A stretch of 64,000 nucleotides of DNA from contig CAWGJT010000015.1 of the NCBI GenBank assembly GCA_963822965.1, forward strand, positions 160,001 to 224,000, given 5' to 3'. The notes beneath the pieces are model-generated. The model did not search any database. It worked only from the letters and a program-made list of their open reading frames with translations, and was not told the origin of the DNA. This DNA is from an uncultured delta proteobacterium (GTDB lineage: Bacteria > Myxococcota_A > UBA9160 > UBA4427). Below, one piece after another: positions 21,827 to 33,060 of this stretch. The first letter of the stretch is position 1, and every line of letters starts with the position of its first letter. The position numbers and the translations under genes are program-made.

Positions 21827-22603
21827 TCAGACCGGGATCAGCAGGCCCTCGCTGTTCGAGCCCGGGTGGGCCCGCGCCGGCGGCGTGATGCCGAGACGCT
21901 CGCGCACCTGGGCGAGCGGCAGCGGCAGCAGGCCCTCCAGGTCCTGCGCGGCCAGCAGCCGCGCGCGTCGCCCGCGCCGGACGGCCTGCCAGGCGTTGCG
22001 GGGGCGGATGCGACCGGAGAGGACGGACATCACCACGAAGATCGGCAACGCACGATCGTTGACGCGCTGCGGGAGCGAGAAGCACATCAGCGCCGATTCA
22101 CCCGCGTGGGTGGCGTCGTAGCCGGCGAGCACGTGCCAGAGATCGTGCATCACGGTGAAGCGATCCGAGAGCCACCGGCGCACCGGGTCCAGATCGAGAT
22201 AGTCGCGCGACATCTCGTGCTGCGATTCGATCAACGCGCGCGGATCGAGGCCGTGCCGCTCGCTGAAGGCGAGGAACGCGCGACCGAGGCTGCCTTCGGG
22301 CAGGGCGCGCAGGGCCTCGCAGTCGGCGAGCGCATCCACCAGGCTGCCCCGATGCGCCATGAGCCGTCGCCCCTCCGCACACGCGAGGATGCGCCGCAGC
22401 TGGCGCTCGTCGCTCATGCCGCCGAGCGCGTCCGCCACCGAGAACGCGGCGTCGAGCACCTTGGCGGGATCGGCCTCCCAAAGGATCGCGAGCTGCCGTC
22501 CCAGGCGCCGCCACTGCACCGGACGCGGGCGCGCCTCGGGCAGGTCGGCGACGGCGGCCGGGCCGCGCTCGAGCGGAGCGCGGGTCGCGCGTGCGTGGGT
22601 CAT
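21827..22603 (-). CDS. Coq4 family protein
   Basis: LRALPEGSLGRAF and HDLWHVLAGYD...GE metal motif. Confidence 0.8.
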   Translation of the reverse strand: MTHARATRAPLERGPAAVADLPEARPRPVQWRRLGRQLAILWEADPAKVLDAAFSVADALGGMSDERQLRRILACAEGRRLMAHRGSLVDALADCEALRALPEGSLGRAFLAFSERHGLDPRALIESQHEMSRDYLDLDPVRRWLSDRFTVMHDLWHVLAGYDATHAGESALMCFSLPQRVNDRALPIFVVMSVLSGRIRPRNAWQAVRRGRRARLLAAQDLEGLLPLPLAQVRERLGITPPARAHPGSNSEGLLIPV

Positions 22604-23259
22604 GAACGGCCCTCCCCGGCCCGACCGGCGCGCAGCCCGGCAACGAGCGCCGCGAGCGCCCGGTGACCGACGTCGATGGCGGCTTCGCGCGTGACCTCTC
22701 CCGCGCGGTGACGTGCCAGCAGCTCGGCGAGCAGACCCATCGCCGAGCGCACCACGAGCGCGGCCTCGAGCGGGCCGAGCCCCGCTTCCCGGAGCGGCGC
22801 GATCCAGCTCGCCTCGAAGCGCGCCGACTCACCCTCGAGATGCTCCTTCAGCTCGGCGGCCAGGCTCGGCGAGGCCCGCAAGACGAGGCCGCCGGCGCCG
22901 ATCTCCGTCACCACGTCCCAGATGGCCTCGAGCAGCGGGCGGGCCTCGTCGCCGCGCGCGAGACCGCGCATGCCGGCCCGCTGCGCGGCGGGCCCCTGCC
23001 GCTGCTCGAGCCGCTCGTAGAACTCGGAGACCACCGCCAGGCACAGGTCCTCGCGGCGGGGGAAGTAGCGGTAGACGAGCGACCGCGCGCAGCCGGCCAG
23101 CTCGGCCACCCGGGGCATGCGCAGGGCGTCGAGCCCCTCGTTCTCGATTACGTGGGCAGCCACCCGAACGAGCTGCCCGCGACGAAGCGCGCCGGGGGAC
23201 GCCAGCGCGAAGGCGGCGTCCGCGGCATCCCGAGCGTCGGCAGCGCCAGCAGAGCCCAT
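22600..23259 (-). CDS. TetR/AcrR family regulator
   Basis: HTH VAELAGCARSLVYRYFP; ATGA overlap with Coq4 gene; alternative start 23268. Confidence 0.85.
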   Translation of the reverse strand: MGSAGAADARDAADAAFALASPGALRRGQLVRVAAHVIENEGLDALRMPRVAELAGCARSLVYRYFPRREDLCLAVVSEFYERLEQRQGPAAQRAGMRGLARGDEARPLLEAIWDVVTEIGAGGLVLRASPSLAAELKEHLEGESARFEASWIAPLREAGLGPLEAALVVRSAMGLLAELLARHRAGEVTREAAIDVGHRALAALVAGLRAGRAGEGRS

Positions 23260-23266
23260 GACTGAC

Positions 23267-23301
23267 ATGGTCTCCCACGCGCTGACGATTTGTCAATTGA
23301 C
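23267..23301 (-). promoter_or_regulatory. Putative sigma70 promoter with TGAC-N5-GTCA operator for the tetR-coq4 unit
   Basis: TTGACA (23291-96), N18, GACCAT (23267-72); inverted repeat 23283-23295. Confidence 0.5.
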
Positions 23302-24031
23302 CCTGCTGCTCCGCCCCGGACCAGTACCCCGAGCTGCGGGCACGATCCGGGGAGCCGGGAGGCAGGGGTCGATCTACGGGGAGCTGCTGGCCCATCCGCT
23401 CGAGCTGGACGTTGCGATCCGACTCGTTCAGCGTGGAGACGAGCGTACTCGCCATGCCGGTGATGCGATTGCGCTCGGCTTCCGAGGCGTCCGGGGGGAG
23501 GTTCTGCGCGGCGAGGAGGGCGGCGAGCGCCGCATCCTCCATCGCCTTCTGCTGGTAGTCCTGCCGCGCCTGATCGACGAGGGCCGACGGAACCGAGCCC
23601 TCGGGCACGGCTTGCTGCGCCTTCTGGGCGAGCAGGCCGGGATCGACGAGCCCCTCCGAGACGGCGTAGCTCGCCACCCGGGACTTCGCCTCGGCCAGGG
23701 CCTCCGGATCGATGTCGGACCCCGGCGGGTCCTCGAAGCCCGGCAGGTCGGGGTAGGGATCGACGGCCGGACGCCGCTCGGCGAGCGCGTCGGCTCTCTC
23801 GCCGGAGGGGGCCGGCGCCCGGGAGACGGCTGCGACGGGCTCGGGCTCGGACGAGAAGCCAGCCGGCGGAGGCCGCGAGGCGGCGCCGGGCCCCTGGACA
23901 CCGCTGCCGGAGGTCTGCCGGGGTGCGGCGGCACCGGGCCCGACGGCATCCGAGCCCGCGACGAGCCACCAGGCGACGGCTGCCGCCACCACCCCGACCA
24001 CGAGCGAGCCCACGATTGCAACCAGCCGCAT
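23290..24031 (-). CDS. Hypothetical membrane-anchored protein (3' end uncertain)
   Basis: N-terminal TM helix, Pro/Ala linker, helical domain; ORF as given runs on to 22829 through tetR. Confidence 0.55.
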
Positions 24032-24089
24032 GTCCGGCTCTCCCGGCCGGCCAGTATACACCCGGGGCAGGCGATTCCCGGAAAGCCCG

Positions 24090-25148
24090 TCACAGGCGGG
24101 GCATCACCTCGCGCGCGAAGAGCGCCACCGAGGCCATGGCCTCCTCCTGGCTCATGCTGCCGTACTTCGGGATCACCAGGACATCGTGGTCGCAGCCGAG
24201 AATCTCCTTCTGCGCCCGCAGCTGCTCGACGATCTGCTCCGGCGTGCCGTAGGTGTTCACGCTCGCGTAGATCTCGGCCATCTTCTCGAGACCCATCGCC
24301 TCGATCGCCTCGGCGGCGTTGCCGTAGTACTCGTAGCCCCGGGTGTGCTGGAAGTGCGCCCCGCCGATCTCGTAGTGCTCGGCGACGGTGGCGAAGTACT
24401 CCTTCACGTAGCGCTCGCCCAGCTCCTGCGCGCGTCCCGGGTCGGCGTCGCAGTAGACGAGCTGACCGCAGAAGGGAACCGGCGGCTCGCTGTCGCGCAG
24501 GGAGCGCCACCTCTCCTGGTACGGAACGAGGGCCTGCTCCCGGAACACCTCCCAGGGCGCCTGGGCGAGGCACATGAGCTGGGCGCCGAGCACCGCCGCC
24601 TGGACCGCCGAGTCCGGCGAGACGCCGATCGAGTAGACGCGATCCGCGAAGCCGCGGGTGGGCCGCGGGCGCAGGTCGCAGCGCGGTCGCTGGAAGAACT
24701 CCGTGTCCGCCTCGAAGAACCCCTTCTCGAGCGCCTCGAGGACCAGTGCGGTCCCCTGATCGAAGCGGCCCCGAGCCTCGTCCATGGGGACGCCCATGCG
24801 CTCGTACTCGCGGCGCGAGAGTCCCCGTCCGAAGCCCAGCAGGGCCCGCCCGCCGCTCTGCTGGTCGAGCAGCGCCATCTTCGCCGCCACCCGATAGGGG
24901 TCGTTCCAGGGCATGATGACGGCGCCGGTACCGAGGCGGATGCGCTGGGTGCAGGCCGCCACCTGGGCGAGCCACTGCAGATTGTCCGGGCACATGGAGT
25001 ACCCGAAGAAGTGGTGCTCGGTCGCCCAGTAGCTGTCGTAGCCCAGCTCGTCGGCGGCGCGGGCGAGCGCGAGCTCGCCCTGCATCACCTCGCCGTCGTC
25101 GCGCTCGTCGCGGTAGTTCTGGAAGATCGAAAGCAGTCCGAAGTGCAT
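24090..25148 (-). CDS. LLM-class flavin-dependent oxidoreductase
   Basis: WATEHHF, IRLGTG, LGFGRG, FAREVMPRL. Confidence 0.9.
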   Translation of the reverse strand: MHFGLLSIFQNYRDERDDGEVMQGELALARAADELGYDSYWATEHHFFGYSMCPDNLQWLAQVAACTQRIRLGTGAVIMPWNDPYRVAAKMALLDQQSGGRALLGFGRGLSRREYERMGVPMDEARGRFDQGTALVLEALEKGFFEADTEFFQRPRCDLRPRPTRGFADRVYSIGVSPDSAVQAAVLGAQLMCLAQAPWEVFREQALVPYQERWRSLRDSEPPVPFCGQLVYCDADPGRAQELGERYVKEYFATVAEHYEIGGAHFQHTRGYEYYGNAAEAIEAMGLEKMAEIYASVNTYGTPEQIVEQLRAQKEILGCDHDVLVIPKYGSMSQEEAMASVALFAREVMPRL

Positions 25149-25268
25149 GGGGGCTCCGCCCGTGGGTTCTCGGGCAGTGCAGCAGACCCGGAGCCGCTTG
25201 GCCAATCCGGCGGGCGCCGGCGCTGAAGCCCCTTCAGTGCGTTCGCGCCGCGCCGCGACCCCGACGGA

Positions 25269-26311
<1,043 letters not shown>

Positions 26312-26315
<4 letters not shown>

Positions 26316-27004
26316 GATCGGGACTCCTCGCTGGGATCGGAAGGGGACGACGGGGGACGAACGCCCAGGTGGGCGAGCAAGGAATGCACGAGCTCGCGGG
26401 TCAGCCGCTCGTCGGAGAGGGGCACGACCTCGACCTCCATGCCGTAGGCGCTGTAGCGCTGGTTCAGGACGGCGAAGGTCGTCTGGATCGCGAAGCTCGC
26501 AGCCATCTCGGGCTCGGGGTGCGTGATCTCGTCGCGGCGCTCGAGCAGCAGCTGCGACCAGGCGCGCATGACGTACAGCGAGAGCCGCAGGGTGCGCTCC
26601 CGGAAGACCGGATCGACCAGGGTGCGCAGATAGGTGGCGCGCTCGAGCCCGGCCCGCTCGCTGAAGATCTGCACCAGGAACGGGACGATGGCCTCCGCGA
26701 TGTCGGCGATCCCCGCCCCGGCCCAGCGGTCGCGGTCGAGGGCTTCGTCCGCGGTCGCATAGGCTTCCTCGCAGTAGCGCTCGTGGAGCGCGTGGAGAAC
26801 CGCGTCCTTGTCCTTCAGCCGGCGGTAGAAGGCACCCACCGACGAGCCCGCGTGTCGCGCGATCTCGGCCACCGAGAGATCGTCGAAGCCCTTCTGCTCG
26901 AGCAGCTGCTCCGCGGAGTCGAGCAGCCGGGCGAGGGTCTCGTGGGTGCGCGCCTGGCGCGGCGGGCGAATCCAGCGGAGCTGTCGGGACGGAATGGCAG
27001 CCAT
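26312..27004 (-). CDS. TetR/AcrR family regulator
   Basis: PPRQART, IARHAGSSVGAFYRRLKDK. Confidence 0.88.
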
Positions 27005-27057
27005 GCGACCCCAGAATGCGATGCCAGCAGGCCGGCCTCCCCGAGAGCTCCTCAAGG

Positions 27058-27109
27058 ATCGGAACCGGAACTACGGTTCCGATTATGACGAAGCCTGGCG
27101 GGCTGTCAA
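27058..27109 (-). promoter_or_regulatory. sigma70 promoter plus perfect 10-bp inverted-repeat operator
   Basis: Minus strand TTGACA (27104-09), N16, CATAAT (27082-87); ATCGGAACCG-N6-CGGTTCCGAT at 27058-27083. Confidence 0.7.
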
Positions 27110-27195
27110 GGCACGGTGAGGGCCCCGCGGGTCACGATCGGGCGGCCGGAGACGTGCCCGCTGGTAGCATCGGGACCCTTTTCGGGGAGGACGAG

Positions 27196-28161
27196 ATGCA
27201 GCGCTTCGATGGAAGGATCGCCGTCGTGACGGGCGGCGGGACCGGCATGGGGCGCGAGCTCGTGCACCAGCTCGCAGCGGCCGGATGCCACGTCGCCACC
27301 TGCGATCTGTCGGCGGAGAACATGGCCCAGACCCGGGAGCGGGCGCTTCGCGACGCGCCCGCGGGCACCCGCGTCACGACCTTCGTGGCCGACGTCTCCC
27401 AGGAGCCCGAGGTGCTCGCCTTCCAGCGCGCGGTCGCCGAGGGCCACGAGAGCGACCACATCCACCTGCTCTTCAACAACGCGGGGATCGGCGGCGGCGG
27501 CAGCCTGATCGAGTCCGAACGCGACGAGTGGGAGAAGACGTTCGCGGTGTGCTGGGGCGGCGTGTACCTGTGCACGCGAGCCTTCCTGCCGATGCTGCTC
27601 GCGAGCCCGGAAGGTCATCTCGTGAACACCAGCAGCGTGAACGGCTTCTGGGCCTCGCTCGGCCCCCAGAGCGCACACACGGCCTACAGCGCCGCGAAGT
27701 TCGCCGTCAAGGGATTCAGCGAAGCCCTCGTGAACGACTTCCGCCTGAACGCGCCGCATCTCAAGGTATCCGTGGTGATGCCCGGGCACATCGGCACGTC
27801 GATCATCATCAATTCCCAGCGCATCCTCGGCAACGATCCCAAGGAGATGAGCGACGGCGAGCTCGCCGAGGCGCGCGACCGCCTGTTGCGTCTCGGCCTG
27901 CCCGTGGAGGGCGTCACGAACGATCAGATCCGCCAGGCCCTGGTGCTCGTGGGCGAGGGCTTCCGCGACAACGCCCCGATGACGGCGGCCGAGGCGGCGA
28001 CGGTGATCCTCGACGGCGTGCGCGAGGAACGCTGGCGCATCCTGGTGGGCCAGGACGCCGAGGTGCTGGACCGCATGGTGCGGGAGACGCCGGAAGAGGC
28101 CTACGAGCCTTCGTTCATGGAACGGCTGCGTGCGGAGACGCCGTGGGGGCTGGGGCAATGA
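27196..28161 (+). CDS. SDR family oxidoreductase
   Basis: GGAGG RBS; TGGGTGMG, FNNAG, YSAAK. Confidence 0.9.
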   Translation: MQRFDGRIAVVTGGGTGMGRELVHQLAAAGCHVATCDLSAENMAQTRERALRDAPAGTRVTTFVADVSQEPEVLAFQRAVAEGHESDHIHLLFNNAGIGGGGSLIESERDEWEKTFAVCWGGVYLCTRAFLPMLLASPEGHLVNTSSVNGFWASLGPQSAHTAYSAAKFAVKGFSEALVNDFRLNAPHLKVSVVMPGHIGTSIIINSQRILGNDPKEMSDGELAEARDRLLRLGLPVEGVTNDQIRQALVLVGEGFRDNAPMTAAEAATVILDGVREERWRILVGQDAEVLDRMVRETPEEAYEPSFMERLRAETPWGLGQ

Positions 28162-28216
28162 GCCACCGCGCGGTCGCCGCCGGGCCCCCTGCGCACGCGT
28201 CGGCCCGGGAGGTCCG

Positions 28217-29182
28217 ATGCGGATCTTCGTGACGGGGGCCTCGGGCTTCATCGGCGGGGCCATCACCCGGGCGCTCGCGCCGAAGCACGACGTCTACGCC
28301 ATGTCCCGTTCCGAGAAGAGCGATGCGGCGATCGCCGCCCTCGGCGCGCGGCCGGTCCGCTGCGACCTCACGAGCCTCGAGCCGGGAGCCCTCCCGGAGG
28401 TCGACGCGGTGATCCACTGTGCGGCGTGGGTCGAAGCGTGGGGAAGCCGTGCGGACTACGAGGCCGCGAACGTCGCCGGCACCGAGCGCGTGCTCGCGGC
28501 GGCGCGCAAGGCCTTTGCCAAGCGCTTCGTGCACATCAGCACCGAGGCGGTGCTGTGGCGCGGACAGCACATGCGCGACGTCGACGAGACGGCGCCCTAC
28601 CCCGCGCGCACGCCCTACCTCTACGCCGAGACCAAGGCGCGGGCCGAGCGGCTCGTGCTGGCCGCCGACGAAGACGGCTTCACGACCCTCGCTCTGAGGC
28701 CCCGCCTGGTGTGGGGCCCCGGCGACCGCACCCTGGTGCCCGAGGTGAAGGAGATGGTCGCGTCGGGCGCCTTCGTCTGGCTCGACGGGGGACGCGCCCG
28801 CACGTCGACGACCCACATCGACAACCTGGTCCGGGCCGTCATCCTCGCGCTCGAGAACGGACGCGGCGGCCAGGCCTACTTCGTGACCGACGGCCCCGTG
28901 ACGGACTTCCGCACCTTCGTGACACGGCTGATGGCGGCCCACGGGGTGCCCATGCCGGAGCGGTCGCTCCCGAGCTGGGTCGCGCGCCCGGTCGCGGCCG
29001 CCATCGAGGGCGCCTGGCGGCTGCTCGGACTGCGCAGCAAGCCACCGCTCACCCGGCACGCCGTCGACCTGCTGTGCTGCGACTGCACCCTGCGCGACGA
29101 CAAGGCCCGGGCCGAGCTGGGCTACGCCCCGGTGCGGACGGTGGAGCAAGGCCTGACCGAGCTGACGGCGTCCGCGCCGTAG
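28217..29182 (+). CDS. NAD-dependent epimerase/dehydratase (3-beta-HSD-like extended SDR)
   Basis: TGASGFIG, VIHCAA, YAETK, LRPRLVWGPGD. Confidence 0.88.
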   Translation: MRIFVTGASGFIGGAITRALAPKHDVYAMSRSEKSDAAIAALGARPVRCDLTSLEPGALPEVDAVIHCAAWVEAWGSRADYEAANVAGTERVLAAARKAFAKRFVHISTEAVLWRGQHMRDVDETAPYPARTPYLYAETKARAERLVLAADEDGFTTLALRPRLVWGPGDRTLVPEVKEMVASGAFVWLDGGRARTSTTHIDNLVRAVILALENGRGGQAYFVTDGPVTDFRTFVTRLMAAHGVPMPERSLPSWVARPVAAAIEGAWRLLGLRSKPPLTRHAVDLLCCDCTLRDDKARAELGYAPVRTVEQGLTELTASAP

Positions 29183-29191
29183 CGAGCCCGC

Positions 29192-31021
29192 TCAGAGGCC
29201 GCGGCGCGGATCCCGGAGAGCCCCGAGAAGCCCTGCGACCCGGTCGAGCAGCGCGTCCGGCGTGAACGGCTTCTCGAGCAGCTCGATCTCCGACGAGACG
29301 CCGCTGTCGGCGAGCACGTTGGACGTGTAGCCCGAGACGAGGATCACCCGGATGCCGGGACGCTCGTGGGACACGAGCTTCGCCAGCTGCAGGCCGTTCA
29401 TGCCGGGCATGATGACGTCGGAGATCAGCAGCTCTACGGGCTCGTCGCGCCCGCGCAGCCAGGCGAGAGCCTCCTCGGCGGTCCCCGCGTCGAAGACCCG
29501 GTAGCCGGCTCCGGCGAGCGCGCGGTGGATCACGCGTCGCACGTGGACGTCGTCCTCGCAGAGCAGAACCCTCGAGGCGGACGGCGGACGCGGCTCGGCC
29601 GCTTCCATCGCTCCCACCTCACGAGCCTTCCCCAGGGCGGTCGGCAGGTGGAGTCGGAACGTCGTGCCCAGGTCGAGCTCGCTCTCCACGGTGATGTGTC
29701 CGCCCGCCTGGGTGACGATGCCGTGAGCCGAGGCGAGGCCGAGCCCCGTTCCGTGTCCCACCCCCTTGGTGGTGAAGAAGGGGTCGAAGATGCTCTCGAG
29801 ATCGTTCGGGTGGATCCCGATTCCGGTGTCCGCGACCGAGATCACCAGATGCTCGCCGGGATGCGCGTTGGGGTCGCGCGCAGCCCCGCGATCGTCGAGA
29901 TGGACGCGCGTGGTCTCGAGGGTGATCTCGCCGCCCCGGGGCATGGCGTCGCGCGCGTTGAGAACCAGGTTCATCAGCACCTGCTCGAGCTGCCCTGCAT
30001 CGATGCGGATGTGCCCTCCCCCGGCGCCGTAGACGGTCCGAAGCGTGACGTCCTCGCGCATGAGGCGGATCAGCATGGGCTCCAGTCGCTCGATGGTCCG
30101 GTCGGGATCGACGATCTCCGGCACGCCCGACTGCCGGCGCGAGAACGCCAGCAGCTGGCGCGTCAATGCGCTCGCGCGCTCGGCCGAGATGCGGATCTCG
30201 GTGATCTGCTCCAGCTCTTCGCCGCCCAGGGGCCGACCCGTCGCCGCGAAGTCCTCGAGCATCTCGCTCTCCCCCAGCATCACCGTCAGGATGTTGTTGA
30301 AGTCGTGGGCGATACCGCCCGTCAGGCGCCCGAGCGCCTCGAGCTTCTGCGCGCGCTGCAGAGTCACCTCGGTCTCCACGCGCCGCTTCATCTCCTCCTC
30401 GAGCCGCAGGGATTTCTGCGCGGCGTCCTTCCGCGCCGCGTGCAGCGTGCGGACGAAGATCTGGAGGAAAGCGGCGGCCAGCGCCAGCACCGCGCTCAAG
30501 GCCAGCCAGGTCGTGAAACGCGTGCCCACGATGTGCGGCGCGGGCAGGAAGCCGCCGTCCCGGGCGATCTCGAAGGCCAGCAGCGAGAGCGAGGTCACGA
30601 CCGCCATGCCAATGGCCGCGGGGCCGCTCCACAGGAAGCCGGTCAGCATGATGCTGAGAACCGCCATGCTGAGCTGCGGGCTCGCGATGCCGCCGATCGC
30701 GAAGCTCGCCCACGCGGTCACCCCCCAGGCCAGCAGCGAAAAGAGTACACCCGCGGTCTTGATCCAGCCCAGATGGAGCACCACGAAGATCACCACCGAG
30801 CCGAGCATCGTGGTCAGGTACAGGGGCAGCACGTAGGGGATGTTGGTGGCGGTCTCCGTCAGCGGGACCAGGGCCGTCAGCGGCACCACCGTGACCATGC
30901 CGGCGATGGCCAGCCAGTGGGCGACCCGCGCCCGCAGTGCCTCCTCCGGGTCGTCCGAGGGCGGCGGCGACAGCCAGCGGCGGTAGCGCTGCGGCGAGGC
31001 CTGTCGAGGGAGGTCGCGCAT
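29192..31021 (-). CDS. Membrane hybrid histidine kinase / receiver
   Basis: TM helices, AHDFNNIL H-box, NARDAM, DTGIG, FFTTKG, C-terminal REC SDVIMPG. Confidence 0.92.
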   Translation of the reverse strand: MRDLPRQASPQRYRRWLSPPPSDDPEEALRARVAHWLAIAGMVTVVPLTALVPLTETATNIPYVLPLYLTTMLGSVVIFVVLHLGWIKTAGVLFSLLAWGVTAWASFAIGGIASPQLSMAVLSIMLTGFLWSGPAAIGMAVVTSLSLLAFEIARDGGFLPAPHIVGTRFTTWLALSAVLALAAAFLQIFVRTLHAARKDAAQKSLRLEEEMKRRVETEVTLQRAQKLEALGRLTGGIAHDFNNILTVMLGESEMLEDFAATGRPLGGEELEQITEIRISAERASALTRQLLAFSRRQSGVPEIVDPDRTIERLEPMLIRLMREDVTLRTVYGAGGGHIRIDAGQLEQVLMNLVLNARDAMPRGGEITLETTRVHLDDRGAARDPNAHPGEHLVISVADTGIGIHPNDLESIFDPFFTTKGVGHGTGLGLASAHGIVTQAGGHITVESELDLGTTFRLHLPTALGKAREVGAMEAAEPRPPSASRVLLCEDDVHVRRVIHRALAGAGYRVFDAGTAEEALAWLRGRDEPVELLISDVIMPGMNGLQLAKLVSHERPGIRVILVSGYTSNVLADSGVSSEIELLEKPFTPDALLDRVAGLLGALRDPRRGL

Positions 31022-31097
31022 CTCGCTCGCATCATGGCACAGAAGGAGAGCCTGGGGGGGGACACGGATTGCTCCGCCCCTCCGCGCAGCCTGCCGG

Positions 31098-31586
31098 CTA
31101 GCCGGTGGCGTCTGGTCTCCCGCCCCGGTGCCGTCGTCGGCGCCGCCGACCACCTGCCGGCGCCTCGCGCACGCCGCCGCCCCGGCGCTCCCGCGCGAGC
31201 GCGCGTTCGAACGCGGGCAGGTGGTTCTCCTGGGATGCCGCGAGAAGACGCCGAAACGTCTCTTCCACGTCGGCGTGGCCGGCGGCCGCTTCCATCAGCC
31301 GCTCGTACAGATCCGCGTTCTCGCGTTCCGCCTCCAGCGCGGCTTCGCAAGCGGCTTCGAGCGACGCCGGTGCCGAAACCCGCGACGGCCACGGATCCGC
31401 CGGGATCTTCACGCCGTGGCGTTCGCAGAGGCGCCGGAGGGCCTGGATGTGTCGTTCTTCCGACTCCACGATGTTGACGAAGGGCCGCACGTCGCCATAG
31501 GCATCGAGCACGGCGCGGTAGGTCGCGCGCGCTCGGTACTCATCGTCGAGGGCCGCGGCCAGCGCGTCTTCGAGCGTCATCGGCAT
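31098..31586 (-). CDS. Ferritin-like DUF2202-type protein
   Basis: DDEYRARATY, ESEERHI, ENADLY, SQENHLPAF. Confidence 0.8.
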   Translation of the reverse strand: MPMTLEDALAAALDDEYRARATYRAVLDAYGDVRPFVNIVESEERHIQALRRLCERHGVKIPADPWPSRVSAPASLEAACEAALEAERENADLYERLMEAAAGHADVEETFRRLLAASQENHLPAFERALARERRGGGVREAPAGGRRRRRRHRGGRPDATG

Positions 31587-31721
31587 GGGTTCCGTCCTCC
31601 TGTGGCTGGCAGGGTGCTGAACAACCCCGCCAGCAGGCCGACCCAGGATGGGTGGCTCGTGCGCCGCAAGCGAATCCCGCAGATTCGTCGGCTGGCTGAG
31701 GCAGCCCGCTGGGCTCTCTCA

Positions 31722-31764
31722 GCGGCGGAACCGCGACCCAGGACTTCGTCCTGGGTCGCGATTC
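31722..31764. repeat. REP-like palindrome with perfect 13-bp stem
   Basis: CGCGACCCAGGAC-TTC-GTCCTGGGTCGCG preceded by GCGGCGGAAC; abuts the stop of the 31764 gene. Confidence 0.6.
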
Positions 31765-32258
31765 TAGCCGCGAACCTCGTCGGCGCCGGCTTCAATGAAG
31801 ACCTTTCGAGCGTGTTCGGCGTGCTCGTGCTCCGCCGGGACCGCCACGATGACGCCACCCTTCTTCAGCGCCTCGGCATGGATGTGAGCCTCGTCCTTCC
31901 AGAAGCCGAGCCCCGCGAGCGCGCCAACTTCCAGCCCCACGGCCGCTCCCGCCACGGCGCCCCTCAGGGCGGCCAGCAGCGGACCGGCGGCGAAGACCAC
32001 GAGCTCCGGCTCGAGAACGACGATACCCGTCGCGATCAGCGTGGCGCCGAGTGCACCGAGCACACCCCCCAGCGCTGCCCCACCCGCGGCTCCCTCGGCG
32101 ACGCCGGTGTCGTATTCGACCTCTTCGTCGTGGGTGCCCTCTCGATCAGCGACGACGATGCTGATCTCATCGGGGCTGAAGTGACTATCGATCAGATCGC
32201 GAACGGCGCGCTCTGAGGATTGCGGGGCGCTGAAGACGCCCGTTACCTGATGGCCCAC
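31764..32258 (-). CDS. General-stress-protein-like membrane protein
   Basis: GVFSAPQSSERAVRDL, glycine-zipper GAAGGAALGGVLG, LKKGGVIVAV. Confidence 0.7.
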   Translation of the reverse strand: MGHQVTGVFSAPQSSERAVRDLIDSHFSPDEISIVVADREGTHDEEVEYDTGVAEGAAGGAALGGVLGALGATLIATGIVVLEPELVVFAAGPLLAALRGAVAGAAVGLEVGALAGLGFWKDEAHIHAEALKKGGVIVAVPAEHEHAEHARKVFIEAGADEVRG

Positions 32259-32387
32259 GGATGCTCCTCCTTCTTCCGATTCCGATCGCTCTCCCGGCGC
32301 GGCTCGGCACGATGCCTCCCACGCCGCGCCGATCGAGCCCAATGAGTCTGCTGCGGGTTACGCGGACGCCAGCCTCCCACTCCGGCC

Positions 32388-33059
32388 TCACTGCGCAAAG
32401 CTCCGGAGGTAGAGCAGGAGCTGCCAGATCTGGTCGTCGCTGAGCCCCGTGTAGGCCAGCATCCCGGTCCCCGGCGAGCCGTTGCGCACGATCCAGAAGA
32501 GCTACCCGTCGGCAAGCGAACGCATGGTCTCCGCGCACGTGAAGTTTCGCGGAGGAGGCGTGAAGCCTCCGGCCATCGGTCCGAGTCCGTTTCCCTGGGT
32601 GCCGTGACAGAACTGGCAGGCCATCGGAGCCGCACTCTCGTGGTAGAGGCGTCTTCCCGCCTCGCGGTTCGCCTCCGTCGGCTCCAGAGGGTTCTCCAGA
32701 GTCAGCAGCTCGGGGGGGGCCTGTGGCGTCGCCCGCGGCTGTGGGCAGGCGCCGCCCGCGGCCGCCGGCTCCGCGCCCGCCGCCTGGAACGTCGCCTTCA
32801 TGTAGCCGATCACGTCCGCAATCTGCTGGGCTGTCAGGGTCAAACCCCAGTCGGGCATCAGTGCGGACTTGCCCACCGTCTTGCCGCCGTAGAAGATGAC
32901 GTTGTAGAGGTAGTCGTCGGGAAGCTGGTCGATCGCCATCCGCGCGTGCACGGCGGGCTTCGGATCGAGTCCGGACGCCGCGGGCCCATCGCCCTCGCCC
33001 GAGACGCCGTGGCACTGGGCGCAGTACTCGCGGTAGACCTGCGCACCCCGTTCGGAGTA
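32388..33059 (-). pseudogene. Diheme c-type cytochrome lacking a start, with in-frame TAG at 32502-32504
   Basis: CAQCH and CQFCH; frame continues after TAG as LFWIVRNGSPGTGM...IWQLLLYLRSFAQ*. Confidence 0.75.
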
Positions 33060-33060
33060 G

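Noticed and set aside
22829..23290. Hypothetical gene overlapping tetR by over 400 nt
   Set aside because: Tail is shadow-frame-like and crosses the tetR promoter; more likely a lost stop or indel
31606..31633. CAGGGTGCTGAACAAC resembling an IS/MITE terminal repeat
   Set aside because: No partner repeat, target duplication or transposase found; may just be a hairpin
32502..32504. Pyrrolysine or genome-wide TAG recoding
   Set aside because: TAG acts as a normal stop for many genes here (e.g. 93, 16195, 18117) and no pyl genes are visible
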